Assembly: GCA_964618895.1 (NCBI GenBank) | Contig: CAZUDO010000058.1 | Location: forward strand, 46,082-110,081 | Source: an uncultured Candidatus Binatia bacterium | Lineage (GTDB): Bacteria; Desulfobacterota; Binatia; DP-6 | Direction: 5' to 3' | DNA: 64,000 bases | The notes under the pieces: generated by a model | The model's database searches: none | What the model saw: only the letters and a program-made list of their open reading frames with translations | What the model was told of the DNA's origin: nothing | Position numbers and translations under genes: made by a program | Shown here: positions 39,078 through 48,185 of the stretch, piece by piece | Layout: every line of letters begins with the position of its first letter | Numbering within the stretch: the stretch's first letter is position 1

Positions 39078-39956
39078 TCAGCGTCCCGCGGCAGCACCGA
39101 GGAGCGCACCCACTTTGGCTTCCGCCTTGCGCAGATCCTCCTCGTGCTTCACCACCAGGGCCAGCGTCTGGCGCACGGTCGCCGCGTCCAGCTCGCGCAC
39201 GCCGAGGGCGCACAGGCCGCGCGCCCAATCGAGCGTCTCGGCGATGCTGGGCGCCTTCTTGAGGTCGAGCTTGCGCAGGCCAGCGATGAACCGTGCCACC
39301 TGCACGCGCAGCCGGTCGTCGAGATCGGGGACCTTGAGCGCGACGATCTCGGCCTCCTTCTCCGCCCCGGGGAAGTCGATGAAGAGATGCAGGCAGCGGC
39401 GGACGAGGGCCTCGGACAGTTCGCGCGTGCGATTCGAGGTGAGCACGACGATCGGCCGCTGGCGGGCGCGGATGGTGCCCAGCTCGGGCACGCTCACCTG
39501 GAAGTCGCTCAGGATCTCCAGGAGGAAGGCCTCGAACTCCGGATCCGCCTTGTCGATCTCGTCGATCAGCAGCACCTGCCGGCGTGGCGCCGTGAGCGCG
39601 CGGAGCAGCGGGCGCTCGAGCAGGAACTCGCGCGAGAAGATGTGGTGCTCGACCTCCTGCCAGCCCCGCTGCTCTCCCTGCCCGGCCTGGATGCGCAGGA
39701 GCTGCTTCTGGTAGTTCCACTCGTAGAGCGCGCGCGCCTCGTCGAGGCCTTCGTAGCACTGCAGGCGCACCAGGTCGGTCTCGCACAGCTCGGCCAGCAC
39801 TTTCCCCAGCTCGGTCTTGCCCGCACCCGCCGGTCCCTCCGCCAGGAGGGGCATCTCGAGCGCCAACGCCAGGAACACGGCGGTCTCGACCCGCGGCGTC
39901 GTGATGTAGCGCGCCCGGCGCAGGCCGTTGCGCACCTGCGCCAGCGTGATGTCCAT
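39078..39956 (-). CDS. MoxR family AAA+ ATPase (CoxD-like)
   Basis: Walker A (GPAGAGKT) and Walker B (LLIDEIDK), AAA_5 type. The ATG at 39956 lies 8 nt after the stop of the upstream hydrolase gene. The ORF-track start at 39983 lies inside the upstream gene. Confidence 0.8.
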   Translation of the reverse strand: MDITLAQVRNGLRRARYITTPRVETAVFLALALEMPLLAEGPAGAGKTELGKVLAELCETDLVRLQCYEGLDEARALYEWNYQKQLLRIQAGQGEQRGWQEVEHHIFSREFLLERPLLRALTAPRRQVLLIDEIDKADPEFEAFLLEILSDFQVSVPELGTIRARQRPIVVLTSNRTRELSEALVRRCLHLFIDFPGAEKEAEIVALKVPDLDDRLRVQVARFIAGLRKLDLKKAPSIAETLDWARGLCALGVRELDAATVRQTLALVVKHEEDLRKAEAKVGALLGAAAGR

Positions 39957-39964
39957 CGCGACCC

Positions 39965-42900
39965 TCAGCTGGCCGGCTGGCACCCGAGGCGCAGCCGGTC
40001 GACGTCACGCGCGCCGCTGCCGAGCAACGCCACCCCCCGCACGTTCTTGCGGCCGGGGCGGCCCGATCCGCGGAGCGGCACCTGCACCTGACCGAGCGCC
40101 GTGCAGGGGCCGTAGTCGATCGGGGTGGTGAACGTGACCTCGTTCTGGCGTACCCCGCCCTGCACGCCGCCCAGCGCAACCAGCGCGTCGAGCAGCGTCT
40201 GCGCGTTGGCCACGTCGGTCGCGTTCCGGCTCACCGGCGTCGGCGCCAGGAGCGTGTAGGACGTGACCGGATCGCCACCCGCGGGGCAATCGGGAAGGGT
40301 CGCCTCCGCCCGGTTGAAGCAGACACCCAGGCGGTAGGTGCACACCCCGTCGGGGGTCCGGTCTGCGTCGCAGGCGGGATCCCCGTCGCGGCAGTCCTGC
40401 TTGCGGCTGAGCCGTCCGGCGACATCGCGGAACGGCGTGTTGGTGGGATCGATCACCTGCCACTGCGCGTGGCAGTCGTAGCGCGTCGCGCCGCCCCCCG
40501 GGACGAGCGGGGGAACGAAGCCGCCGGTGAACATGTCGGGATGGAGCACGGCGAAGGTCGAGAAAGCGGTGACCCCGGGCGTGGTCACCGTATGCGTGGC
40601 GGTGCTCACCGTCGTCGGCAGCAGCGTGTAGGTGGCGCCGGCGCACGGCCCGTTGGCGCCGCAGTCGGGGTCCTCGTCGCAGGCGGCAGCACCGAGCGTG
40701 CAGGCCCCCGGCGTGAAGCTGGCGACCACCAGCGCGGCCTCTTCCGGGGAGCCGGGCGCGATGCCGGCGACACCGAGCTCGGTCACCGAGTACCCGAGAC
40801 TCAGGTCGGCGCTGAACACGCCCGCCAGCTCGCGCTGCAGCGTGACGTGGAACGGCAGGATGCCGAGCGTCCCGATGGTAGCGAGCTCGCCGGGCGCCAC
40901 GTCGTCCTCGGTAGCGAACGCCGACGTGCCGAGGATGGCGCGCCCGACGGTCACGCGCGTGGCCACCGCGTTGTTTGCGAACGCCACCGTCACGTCCGGC
41001 GTCGGTTCGCTGAACGGGGCCGCACCGCCCGTGCTCACGGTACGGGCGAAGAACGTCTGCGTCGAGGCCCCGGCGGGCGCCGTCCGGTTCTCGACCGGGT
41101 TGTAGTTGGGATCGTCCGCGAACGAGAACCGTCCGGGCGTCCCGTTGGTCACGATGTCACGGAACCAGGCGAGCACCTCGTCGAGGAGGCCCGGGTTGGG
41201 CACCCGGATGGGGCGCGCGAGCGGCGGGAACGCCGTACCGGTCACCGGGAACTCGTCGTACAGGCCAACGTCCGGGGCCAGGGTGAGCGTGCCGGGGTCG
41301 GCGCGCATGACGGCGGCATGGGAGGCCGGCCCGCTCTGCAAGAAGGCCGCCGTGGCGGTGCCCCCGGCGACGTTGGCGCGCACCGTGCGCGGGGTGGGCA
41401 CCACCGGCAGGGCGATCGGGTTGTGGCGCGGGTTCCTGACGAACGGGTCGAAGACCGGCAGGCCGGCGGCGACCGCGAGCGCCTCGCTGGCCTGATTCGG
41501 CACCACCTCGTCGCCCGTGCTCTCGATCAGGAGGACGTTGCGGGCCGGCACGTCGTTCAGCAGGAGGCTGGCTGCGTTCACGCCGTCCGCGGGATCGACG
41601 ATCGTCTGGATCAGGTTCGGAGCGATGGCGAACTGGTCGGCGACGTTGGCCGGGTCGAGGCCGAGAATGCCGTTCACCAGCGCCTGGTTACCGCCCCCGA
41701 CGGACGAGTTCTGGAACAGCTGCGTGATCAGGCCCCCGCCGCCGGCATTGAGCACCGACGCCGACAGCTGGCGCTCGATCGGCACGAAGCCGGCCCCCAT
41801 GAGCCCGCCGAGCGAGTGCCCCATGAAGTAGATGCGCTGGTCGTTGAAGAGCGTGCCGAGCCATTGGTCGAGCGAGTGTCCCTTGATGAGGCGGACCAGC
41901 TGCATCAGGTCGACGTAGGTCTGGCGGAGGTTGTCGCGCACGCCGAGGAAGTTGTGGAAGCCCTGGAAGAAGCCGAGGTTGGTGGACAAGTACCCGATGC
42001 TGAACGGCCCCACCGCCCCGTCGGCGAAGCCGTCGGGCACGCGCGTGCCGCCGAAGTTGTTGGCGGTGTCCTGCGCGCACGGGGTGTTCATGGGACAGTC
42101 GAAGTAGCGGTAGCCGTGCTGGGCGGCGTCGATGCCGATGCTGGCGAAGCCGCGCTTGCCGAGCTCGTTGGCGTATTCGAGCACCGTGTCGCGCTGCCCG
42201 CCCAGGCCATGCATCTGGATGACGATCGGAAAACCCCCGGGCGGGAGCTCCAGGGCGAAGGGCATCACCACGGTCACCGGAATGTTCTGCATGGTGACCA
42301 CCATCGGCCGGCCGCTGCCGTCGCGCGTGAAGCGCTCGTCCGTGGTCTCGCACGCCGCCAGCGAGCAGGTGACGAATCCGGGCGGGTCAGGAATGTCGGC
42401 GAAGGGACCGCTGCCGTTGGGGTCCAGGGTCTGGAAGCGCGGGCTCGGGAACCACCCGGTCAGGACGGCGATGATGCCTTCGTGCGGCGTCGAGCCGAAC
42501 AACTCGTTCAGCTGGCCGGCGGTGTAGGACACGAACTGGCCGTACGGTTGCGGGCCCCAGGTCGGCACCGTGACCGTCGGCACCGGCAACCCGGGCAGCA
42601 CCTCGTCGCGGATGCGCACCAAGTCGTCGACCGTCGACTGCGTGGTGAACACCGTCATGCCGGCAATCGCGCTTGCCGCGACACCGTGGCCGCCGAGCGT
42701 CGTCACCACCGGGTCGAAGATGGCGTCGGCGTCGGCGGTGGCGCTCGCTCCGTCGCGCACGCTGGTCCAGTCGGCCGACGGCACGGCCGTCATGCCGCCC
42801 CCCGTCACGCTGGTGCGAACCACGCACGCGTAGCGCGTCCTGGCCGCCAGCGGCCGGCCGGGGACGGGCAGGACGGCGAGCACGTTCGGGATACGCGAGT

Positions 42901-43351
42901 CGGCGTTCCACTTGAGCATGATCGGGACCGGCGTCGCGGTGGCGGCGTCGGCGCAGAAGACGCTGTCCGTGAGCGCCGGGGCCAGCACGGGTGACGGCGG
43001 CAGGCTGGCGGGATCGATGGCGCCCGAGAAGAAGAAGTAGATCGCCGACGTGGTCCCGAAGCCGTCGAGCAGGTCGAGCGCCTCTTCCACCGACGCCGTG
43101 TTGGATTGGATGACGAGGCTGGCGAGGCCGATCTTGGCGGCGGACGGGAGCCCGGCGTTGATGAGCGTGCCGTCGCCGTCGCCGGGGCGCCCCTGGTCGA
43201 AGTAGAGGTCGTTCGGGAACGGCAGCGCGCCGAAGACGGCCGGCGTGGTGTTCGGCGCCGGCAGGGTGAAGAGTACGGTCGGACCGGCGGCAAACGTGGC
43301 CACCGGACCGAGCCCGAGCGCGCACACCAAAGCCGGCAGCCAGCGTGGCAT
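39965..43351 (-). CDS. Large secreted alpha/beta-hydrolase (lipase/esterase-like, GHSLGG) with a C-terminal Cys-rich region
   Basis: 1128 aa from MPRWLPALVCALGLGPVATFAAGP (signal peptide). Nucleophile elbow FMGHSLGGLMGAG. The C-terminal ~250 aa contain many paired cysteines. The start was trimmed from the 1167-aa ORF. Confidence 0.6.
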   Translation of the reverse strand: MPRWLPALVCALGLGPVATFAAGPTVLFTLPAPNTTPAVFGALPFPNDLYFDQGRPGDGDGTLINAGLPSAAKIGLASLVIQSNTASVEEALDLLDGFGTTSAIYFFFSGAIDPASLPPSPVLAPALTDSVFCADAATATPVPIMLKWNADSRIPNVLAVLPVPGRPLAARTRYACVVRTSVTGGGMTAVPSADWTSVRDGASATADADAIFDPVVTTLGGHGVAASAIAGMTVFTTQSTVDDLVRIRDEVLPGLPVPTVTVPTWGPQPYGQFVSYTAGQLNELFGSTPHEGIIAVLTGWFPSPRFQTLDPNGSGPFADIPDPPGFVTCSLAACETTDERFTRDGSGRPMVVTMQNIPVTVVMPFALELPPGGFPIVIQMHGLGGQRDTVLEYANELGKRGFASIGIDAAQHGYRYFDCPMNTPCAQDTANNFGGTRVPDGFADGAVGPFSIGYLSTNLGFFQGFHNFLGVRDNLRQTYVDLMQLVRLIKGHSLDQWLGTLFNDQRIYFMGHSLGGLMGAGFVPIERQLSASVLNAGGGGLITQLFQNSSVGGGNQALVNGILGLDPANVADQFAIAPNLIQTIVDPADGVNAASLLLNDVPARNVLLIESTGDEVVPNQASEALAVAAGLPVFDPFVRNPRHNPIALPVVPTPRTVRANVAGGTATAAFLQSGPASHAAVMRADPGTLTLAPDVGLYDEFPVTGTAFPPLARPIRVPNPGLLDEVLAWFRDIVTNGTPGRFSFADDPNYNPVENRTAPAGASTQTFFARTVSTGGAAPFSEPTPDVTVAFANNAVATRVTVGRAILGTSAFATEDDVAPGELATIGTLGILPFHVTLQRELAGVFSADLSLGYSVTELGVAGIAPGSPEEAALVVASFTPGACTLGAAACDEDPDCGANGPCAGATYTLLPTTVSTATHTVTTPGVTAFSTFAVLHPDMFTGGFVPPLVPGGGATRYDCHAQWQVIDPTNTPFRDVAGRLSRKQDCRDGDPACDADRTPDGVCTYRLGVCFNRAEATLPDCPAGGDPVTSYTLLAPTPVSRNATDVANAQTLLDALVALGGVQGGVRQNEVTFTTPIDYGPCTALGQVQVPLRGSGRPGRKNVRGVALLGSGARDVDRLRLGCQPAS

Positions 43352-43518
43352 GCGCCTCTGTCGCACACCCCGGCGTGCGCTGGCAAGGGGAAAATCGGAC
43401 CCGAAACCCGTGGGGCGCCAGCCACTTACCGGTTCCGTGCCCGCGAAGAGTGCGCGCCGGAGGGCCACGCCCCTCCGGGTGCATCGGGGCGGGGCGCGGA
43501 GCGGACGGGTTCCGTGCG

Positions 43519-43548
43519 TTGACAGAAGTAGCTACGTGGGGCTACTTT
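43519..43548 (+). promoter_or_regulatory. Candidate promoter/operator of the phd-vapC operon
   Basis: TTGACA at 43519-43524, followed by the inverted repeat AAGTAGC-N8-GCTACTT (43526-43547) that overlaps the -10 region. This is typical of antitoxin autoregulation. Confidence 0.4.
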
Positions 43549-43549
43549 G

Positions 43550-43846
43550 ATGGAGATGAAGGCCGTCGCCGTGAAGGAGCTGAAGAATCACCTCAGCGCC
43601 TACCTGCGCGAGGTCAGGAGCGGGGAGGTCGTACTCGTGACGGACCGCGGGCGAGTGGTGGCCGAACTCCGGCAGCCGACCAGTGACGCCCCCTTGAGCT
43701 CACTCGACCACGCCGTCGAACGTCTGCGGGCGCAGGGCATCCTGGTGGCAGGGCTGCCACAGGACCCGCGAGCGTACCGTCCGTCCCCGCTTGAGAAGCC
43801 CGTTCGCACCGCCGACCTGCTGGCGGCCGAACGCGGCGAGCGGTGA
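43550..43846 (+). CDS. phd: Type II antitoxin, Phd/YefM family
   Basis: MEMKAVAVKELKNHLSAYLREVRSGEVVLVTDRGRVVAEL matches Phd/YefM. An alternative TTG start lies at 43547. Confidence 0.8.
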   Translation: MEMKAVAVKELKNHLSAYLREVRSGEVVLVTDRGRVVAELRQPTSDAPLSSLDHAVERLRAQGILVAGLPQDPRAYRPSPLEKPVRTADLLAAERGER

Positions 43847-44271
43847 CGATCTACGCCGAGACGAGCGCCGTTCTGCGATGGCTCTTCGCCGAACCCGGCG
43901 GGGGAGAGGTCCTGGCGGTCCTCGCCGCGGCGACCAAGGTCACCTGCTCACGCCTCACGCTGGTCGAAACACGCCGCGTGATCCGTCGTGCCGAACGGGA
44001 GACGCGCGTCTCGGCCGCACAGAGTGCCGACCTCCTGGCAGTGTTCGCGCAGGCCGTCTCCACCTGGGCGATCCTGGATCTCACCAACGACGTGGCGCGG
44101 CGTGCCGAGGAGGGGTTCCCCAGCGAGCCGGTGCGCACGTTGGACGCGATCCACTTGGCGAGCGCGCTCTTCCTGCGCCAGTCGTTCCCGGACCTCGTGA
44201 TGCTGACGGTGGACGACCGGGTGCGCGCCAACGCACTACAGCTCGGCTTGCAGTCCGGCCTCGCGAGTTGA
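43843..44271 (+). CDS. vapC: Type II toxin VapC (PIN domain)
   Basis: GTGA overlap with the phd stop. PIN acidic residues are present (…YAETSA…LDAIHLASAL…). Confidence 0.8.
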   Translation: MTIYAETSAVLRWLFAEPGGGEVLAVLAAATKVTCSRLTLVETRRVIRRAERETRVSAAQSADLLAVFAQAVSTWAILDLTNDVARRAEEGFPSEPVRTLDAIHLASALFLRQSFPDLVMLTVDDRVRANALQLGLQSGLAS

Positions 44272-44358
44272 GCTCGCGCTGCACGGCCCGCCAGCGACAT
44301 TCGCACCTCCCCGTGTCGTCTGCTACGGTCCGCTCACTGCACGCCACGGAGCCGTAGC

Positions 44359-45297
44359 ATGTCTGCCCGCAACGACGATCCGCAGCCTCCCGCCCGCCCC
44401 ACGCTCGCCTCCACCGCCGTCGAATGGATCGGGCGCAAGATCCCGTGCCTCGATCACGGCTTCGTCTATCTCGTCGACGCCATGGGCAGCGACGCCTCCA
44501 TCGTGCAGGCGGCGCGCGTCAGCTACGGCCTCGGCACCAAGAGCCTGCACGAAGATCGCGGCCTGATCCGCTACCTCATGCGCCATCAGCACACCACGCC
44601 GTTCGAGATGGTCGAGTTTAAATTCCACGTGAAATTACCTATCTTTGTAGCAAGGCAGTGGATTCGTCACCGGATGGCCAGCGTGAACGAATATTCAGGA
44701 CGCTATTCCGTTTTGCCCGACGAGTTCTACGTCCCCGACGCCGCACAGGTGACCGCGCAGTCGGCCACCAACCGCCAGGGCGGCAGTGACGCCGTCGATC
44801 CCGCGCGGGGCCGCGCCGTCGTGGAGCTGATCGCGCGCGAGCAGCGCCTGGTGCGCGAGGGCTACGAGCAGATGCTGGCCTGGGACATCCGGCGCGAGCT
44901 CGCGCGCGTGAACCTCGGCGTGGCGCAGTACACCGAGTGGTACTGGAAGAGCGATCTGCACAACATCTTCCGCTTCCTGCAGCTCCGGCTCGATCCGCAC
45001 GCCCAGCACGAGATCCGGGTCTACGCCGAAGCCATGGCGCAGATCGTGCGCGCCGTCGTCCCGGGCGCCTGGGAGGCGTTCGAGGACTACCAGCTGCACG
45101 CCGAGCGCTTCTCGGGGCTCGAGCTGCAGGCGCTCGCCCGGCTGCTGGCGGAGCAGCCCGGCGGCTTTCCCGCCGACGACGTCGTCACGGCGGCCCTCCC
45201 CACCTCCTGGCAGGAGCGCACCGCCGGCGGCGCGCTCAAGCGCAACCGCGAGCGCGAGGAGTTTCTGGCCAAGCTCACCCGCCTGCGCCGGAGCTGA
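44359..45297 (+). CDS. thyX: FAD-dependent thymidylate synthase ThyX
   Basis: 312 aa with the ThyX motif RHRMASVNEYSGRYS. Confidence 0.85.
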   Translation: MSARNDDPQPPARPTLASTAVEWIGRKIPCLDHGFVYLVDAMGSDASIVQAARVSYGLGTKSLHEDRGLIRYLMRHQHTTPFEMVEFKFHVKLPIFVARQWIRHRMASVNEYSGRYSVLPDEFYVPDAAQVTAQSATNRQGGSDAVDPARGRAVVELIAREQRLVREGYEQMLAWDIRRELARVNLGVAQYTEWYWKSDLHNIFRFLQLRLDPHAQHEIRVYAEAMAQIVRAVVPGAWEAFEDYQLHAERFSGLELQALARLLAEQPGGFPADDVVTAALPTSWQERTAGGALKRNREREEFLAKLTRLRRS

Positions 45298-45384
45298 GCC
45301 ACGGCCGACGCCCCCGCCGTCCCGGCCGCCGTCCAGAAGGGCGTCCGCCTGTTCAATCGCCGGCGGTATCTGAGCGCCCAGATC

Positions 45385-45672
45385 GTGTGGGAAGACACCT
45401 GGCGGGCGAGCACCGGCACGGACCGGCCCTTCCTCGAGGGCCTGGTCCAGCTCGCGGCGGGGCTCCACCTGCGTACCCGGCGCGGGGGCCAGCGCGGCGC
45501 GGAGCACCTGATCGCCCAGGCGCTGATCACCTTCGAGGAGTTCCAGCCTGCGACGCACGGCGTCGACGTGACCGCCCTCCTCACCGAGGTGGGGGCCTAC
45601 CTCGACCGCATCCGGGAGCAGCGCCGCCCGCACCGCCTGCTCGATACCTGGCACCTGCCCCGCATCCCCTAA
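45385..45672 (+). CDS. DUF309 domain protein with an unresolved or atypical start
   Basis: …RRYLSAQIVWEDTWRASTG…FLEGLVQLAAGLHLRTRRGGQRGAEHLIAQAL… matches DUF309. The frame is open from the thyX stop at 45298, but the first canonical start (GTG at 45385) lies inside the conserved helix. Confidence 0.45.
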   Translation: MWEDTWRASTGTDRPFLEGLVQLAAGLHLRTRRGGQRGAEHLIAQALITFEEFQPATHGVDVTALLTEVGAYLDRIREQRRPHRLLDTWHLPRIP

Positions 45673-45722
45673 CGACCACCGACGGTAGCGACGGCGCCGG
45701 AGCAACATGCTATGGGCGGGTC

Positions 45723-48167
45723 ATGCAGGCACTTCGACTGACCGCCGTCCTGGGGGCCGCGGTGATCGTGCTCGCGACCGGCGTCCCCGCCAGGGCGCGG
45801 ACGGCCAGCCCGCCGCCCTGCGACCGGTTCGCGATCGCCGCTGCGCCGCCGTTCCTGGCCGACGTGACCGGCCCGAAGCTCGATACCGTCGTGTTCCAGG
45901 GCAAGCGCCTCATGCTCGGGGCGAGCTGCATGTCGCGCCCGGCGTCCATCCGGAAGACCGCGGACGGCTGGCGCATCAAGGCCACCTGGAAGACGTGCGG
46001 CACCATCCGCAAGGCCGTCCTGAAGGGCACCATCGACACCCAGTGCCAGGCCCTCTCGGGCACGATCCGCGCCAAGCGCCAGCCGCCCGCCGACTTCGTC
46101 GCCCGCACCTGTCGCTGCGGCGACGGGATCGCCCTCGCCGGCTGCGGCGAAGAGTGCGATCCAGACGACGGCGGGTCGTGTGTCCAGTGCCGCACCGTGA
46201 TGCCCCCGAGCGCCACCACGACCGCCACAACCGTCACCCCCACCTCGACCACCGTGACCACGACCACCACCACCCTGCCCCCGGGCCCGCGCTGCGGCGA
46301 CGGGGTGCGGGACCCCGGCGAGGAATGCGACCGTGCCCACCTGGGCGGCGCGCACTGCGAAGGCTCGGCCGGCGGTGCGCACGTCACCTGCACCGACCAG
46401 TGCACCCTCGACCGGAGCGGCTGCTGCGGGAACGGCGTGCTCGAGGCCTTCGAGCAGTGCGACAGCGACGACCTGGGGGACGCCCGCTGCCCCGACGACT
46501 CGACGGCGGGCGCGTTCGTCGGCTGCGGCACGGACTGCCGGCTCGACTGGAGCCAGTGCCCGTCGTGCGCCGGGCAGAGCTTCGGGAGCACCTGGGAGGC
46601 CATCCAGCAGGTCATCTTCGCGCGCCACGACTGCACCAACGACGCCTGTCACGGCGCGGCGCGCCAGGGCGGCCTCGACCTCCATCCGACCGTGGCCTAC
46701 GACAACCTCTTCGAAGTGCCATCGAGCCAGGTGAGCGAGACCGTGCGCCTCGAACCGGGAGACCAGCGACGGAGCTACCTGTGGCTCAAGCTGGCGGCCA
46801 AGACCGACCCCGCCCTGATTCCGGAGGGCGTCACCGTCGGCGGCAATCCCATGCCGAGCGTGGGACCGGCGCTCACCCCGGATGAGCTCGAGCTGCTGCG
46901 CCTCTGGATCTACGCCGGCGCGCCCGAGGACGGCACGGTGCGCGGCACCGACGCGCTCGCGGGCGCCTGCCTGCCGCCACCCCGTCCCCTCATCATCACC
47001 CCACTCGATCCGCCGGCGCCCGGCCAGGGCGTGCAGTTCACCATGCCGCCCTGGGAGCTGCTGCCGCGGAACGAACGCGAGATCTGCTTCGCGTCCTACT
47101 ACGACTTCACCGGCCAGGTGCCGCCCGAGTTCCTGAGCCCGGACGGCAAGTCGTTCCGCTTCTCCTCCCAGGAGCTGCGGCAGGACCCGCAGAGCCACCA
47201 TCTGATCCTGTACCGCTATCCGGGCACCGCCGACGCCGACTACGCCGCCATCGCGCGCGACGCCATCTTCGGGCAGTGGACCTGCGTCGGCGGTGAGCGC
47301 GACGGCCAGCCCTGTCAGCCCACCGTCGCCGGCACGTGCGGGGACGGGCTGTGTGGCAGCACGATCCGCGACTCGTTCGCCTGCATCGGGTTCGGGCCGG
47401 CGTTCCTGAACGACATGATCGGCGGCGCCCAGAAGGCGCAGGCCTTCGACCAGTACGCGCCCGGCGTATTCGCCCAGATCCCGCTGCGCGGCATCGTCAT
47501 GTGGAATTCCCATGCCTTCAACCTGTCGACGGTCGATACCCACATGCACGCGTGGCTCAACTATTACTTCGCCTCCGACCAGCGCTACCCGCTCGAGCCC
47601 ATCTTCAACTTCTTCAGCATCTTCGCCGCCGACGGCACGCCGCCCTACCAGAAGCGGACCGTATGCAGTACCGAGCAGCTGCCGCGCTACGCGCGCCTGT
47701 TCAGTCTCTCGTCGCACAGCCACAAGCGCGGCGAGCAGTTCTGGATCACGCATCCCGACGGCCGCCGGCTGTACGAGAACTTCAACTACAACGACCCGCC
47801 CAACAAGACGTTCACCCCGCCGCTCGCGTTCGACAGCCGCACCGGGGCACTCCGTCAGCTGCGCTACTGCGCCACCTACAACAATGGCGTGCGGTCCGAT
47901 GGCTCGCCCGACCCCGAAACCGTGACCCGGCGCTCACGCATGCCGAACAACGCCCCGCCCTGCGAGGCGGTGGCATGCGTCGCCGGACGCATCGGCGCAC
48001 CGTGCGGAGTCAGCGGCAACCTGGCGGGCAACGACCGGGCGTGCGACTCGTCGCCGGGCGCCGGCGACGGCTGGTGCGACGCGTGCGCCATCGTCGGCGG
48101 TGAGAGCACCGAGAACGAGATGTTCATCCTGATCGGCTCGTTCTTCGTCCAGCCGCCGGGATCGTAG
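45723..48167 (+). CDS. Secreted cysteine-rich repeat protein with a PSCyt1-like segment and a ~450-aa C-terminal domain of unknown function
   Basis: 814 aa. Signal peptide, then three Myxococcus-type cysteine-rich repeats (CGDGIALAGCGEECD, CGDGVRDPGEECD, CGNGVLEAFEQCD) and a Thr-rich linker. A segment follows that matches my recollection of the planctomycete cytochrome c PSCyt1 pattern (CTNDACHG…GGLDL…SYLWLKL…NPMP…LTPDELELLRLWIYAGA), but with C-x4-CH instead of CxxCH. Confidence 0.6.
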   Translation: MQALRLTAVLGAAVIVLATGVPARARTASPPPCDRFAIAAAPPFLADVTGPKLDTVVFQGKRLMLGASCMSRPASIRKTADGWRIKATWKTCGTIRKAVLKGTIDTQCQALSGTIRAKRQPPADFVARTCRCGDGIALAGCGEECDPDDGGSCVQCRTVMPPSATTTATTVTPTSTTVTTTTTTLPPGPRCGDGVRDPGEECDRAHLGGAHCEGSAGGAHVTCTDQCTLDRSGCCGNGVLEAFEQCDSDDLGDARCPDDSTAGAFVGCGTDCRLDWSQCPSCAGQSFGSTWEAIQQVIFARHDCTNDACHGAARQGGLDLHPTVAYDNLFEVPSSQVSETVRLEPGDQRRSYLWLKLAAKTDPALIPEGVTVGGNPMPSVGPALTPDELELLRLWIYAGAPEDGTVRGTDALAGACLPPPRPLIITPLDPPAPGQGVQFTMPPWELLPRNEREICFASYYDFTGQVPPEFLSPDGKSFRFSSQELRQDPQSHHLILYRYPGTADADYAAIARDAIFGQWTCVGGERDGQPCQPTVAGTCGDGLCGSTIRDSFACIGFGPAFLNDMIGGAQKAQAFDQYAPGVFAQIPLRGIVMWNSHAFNLSTVDTHMHAWLNYYFASDQRYPLEPIFNFFSIFAADGTPPYQKRTVCSTEQLPRYARLFSLSSHSHKRGEQFWITHPDGRRLYENFNYNDPPNKTFTPPLAFDSRTGALRQLRYCATYNNGVRSDGSPDPETVTRRSRMPNNAPPCEAVACVAGRIGAPCGVSGNLAGNDRACDSSPGAGDGWCDACAIVGGESTENEMFILIGSFFVQPPGS

Positions 48168-48185
48168 CGAGGAGGAGGGATCCGC

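Noticed and set aside
43455-43480. Inverted repeat CCGGAGGG-ccacg-CCCTCCGG in the hydrolase/phd divergent intergenic region
   Set aside because: No downstream T-tract and no upstream gene to terminate. It is possibly a regulatory hairpin, but it is unsupported.
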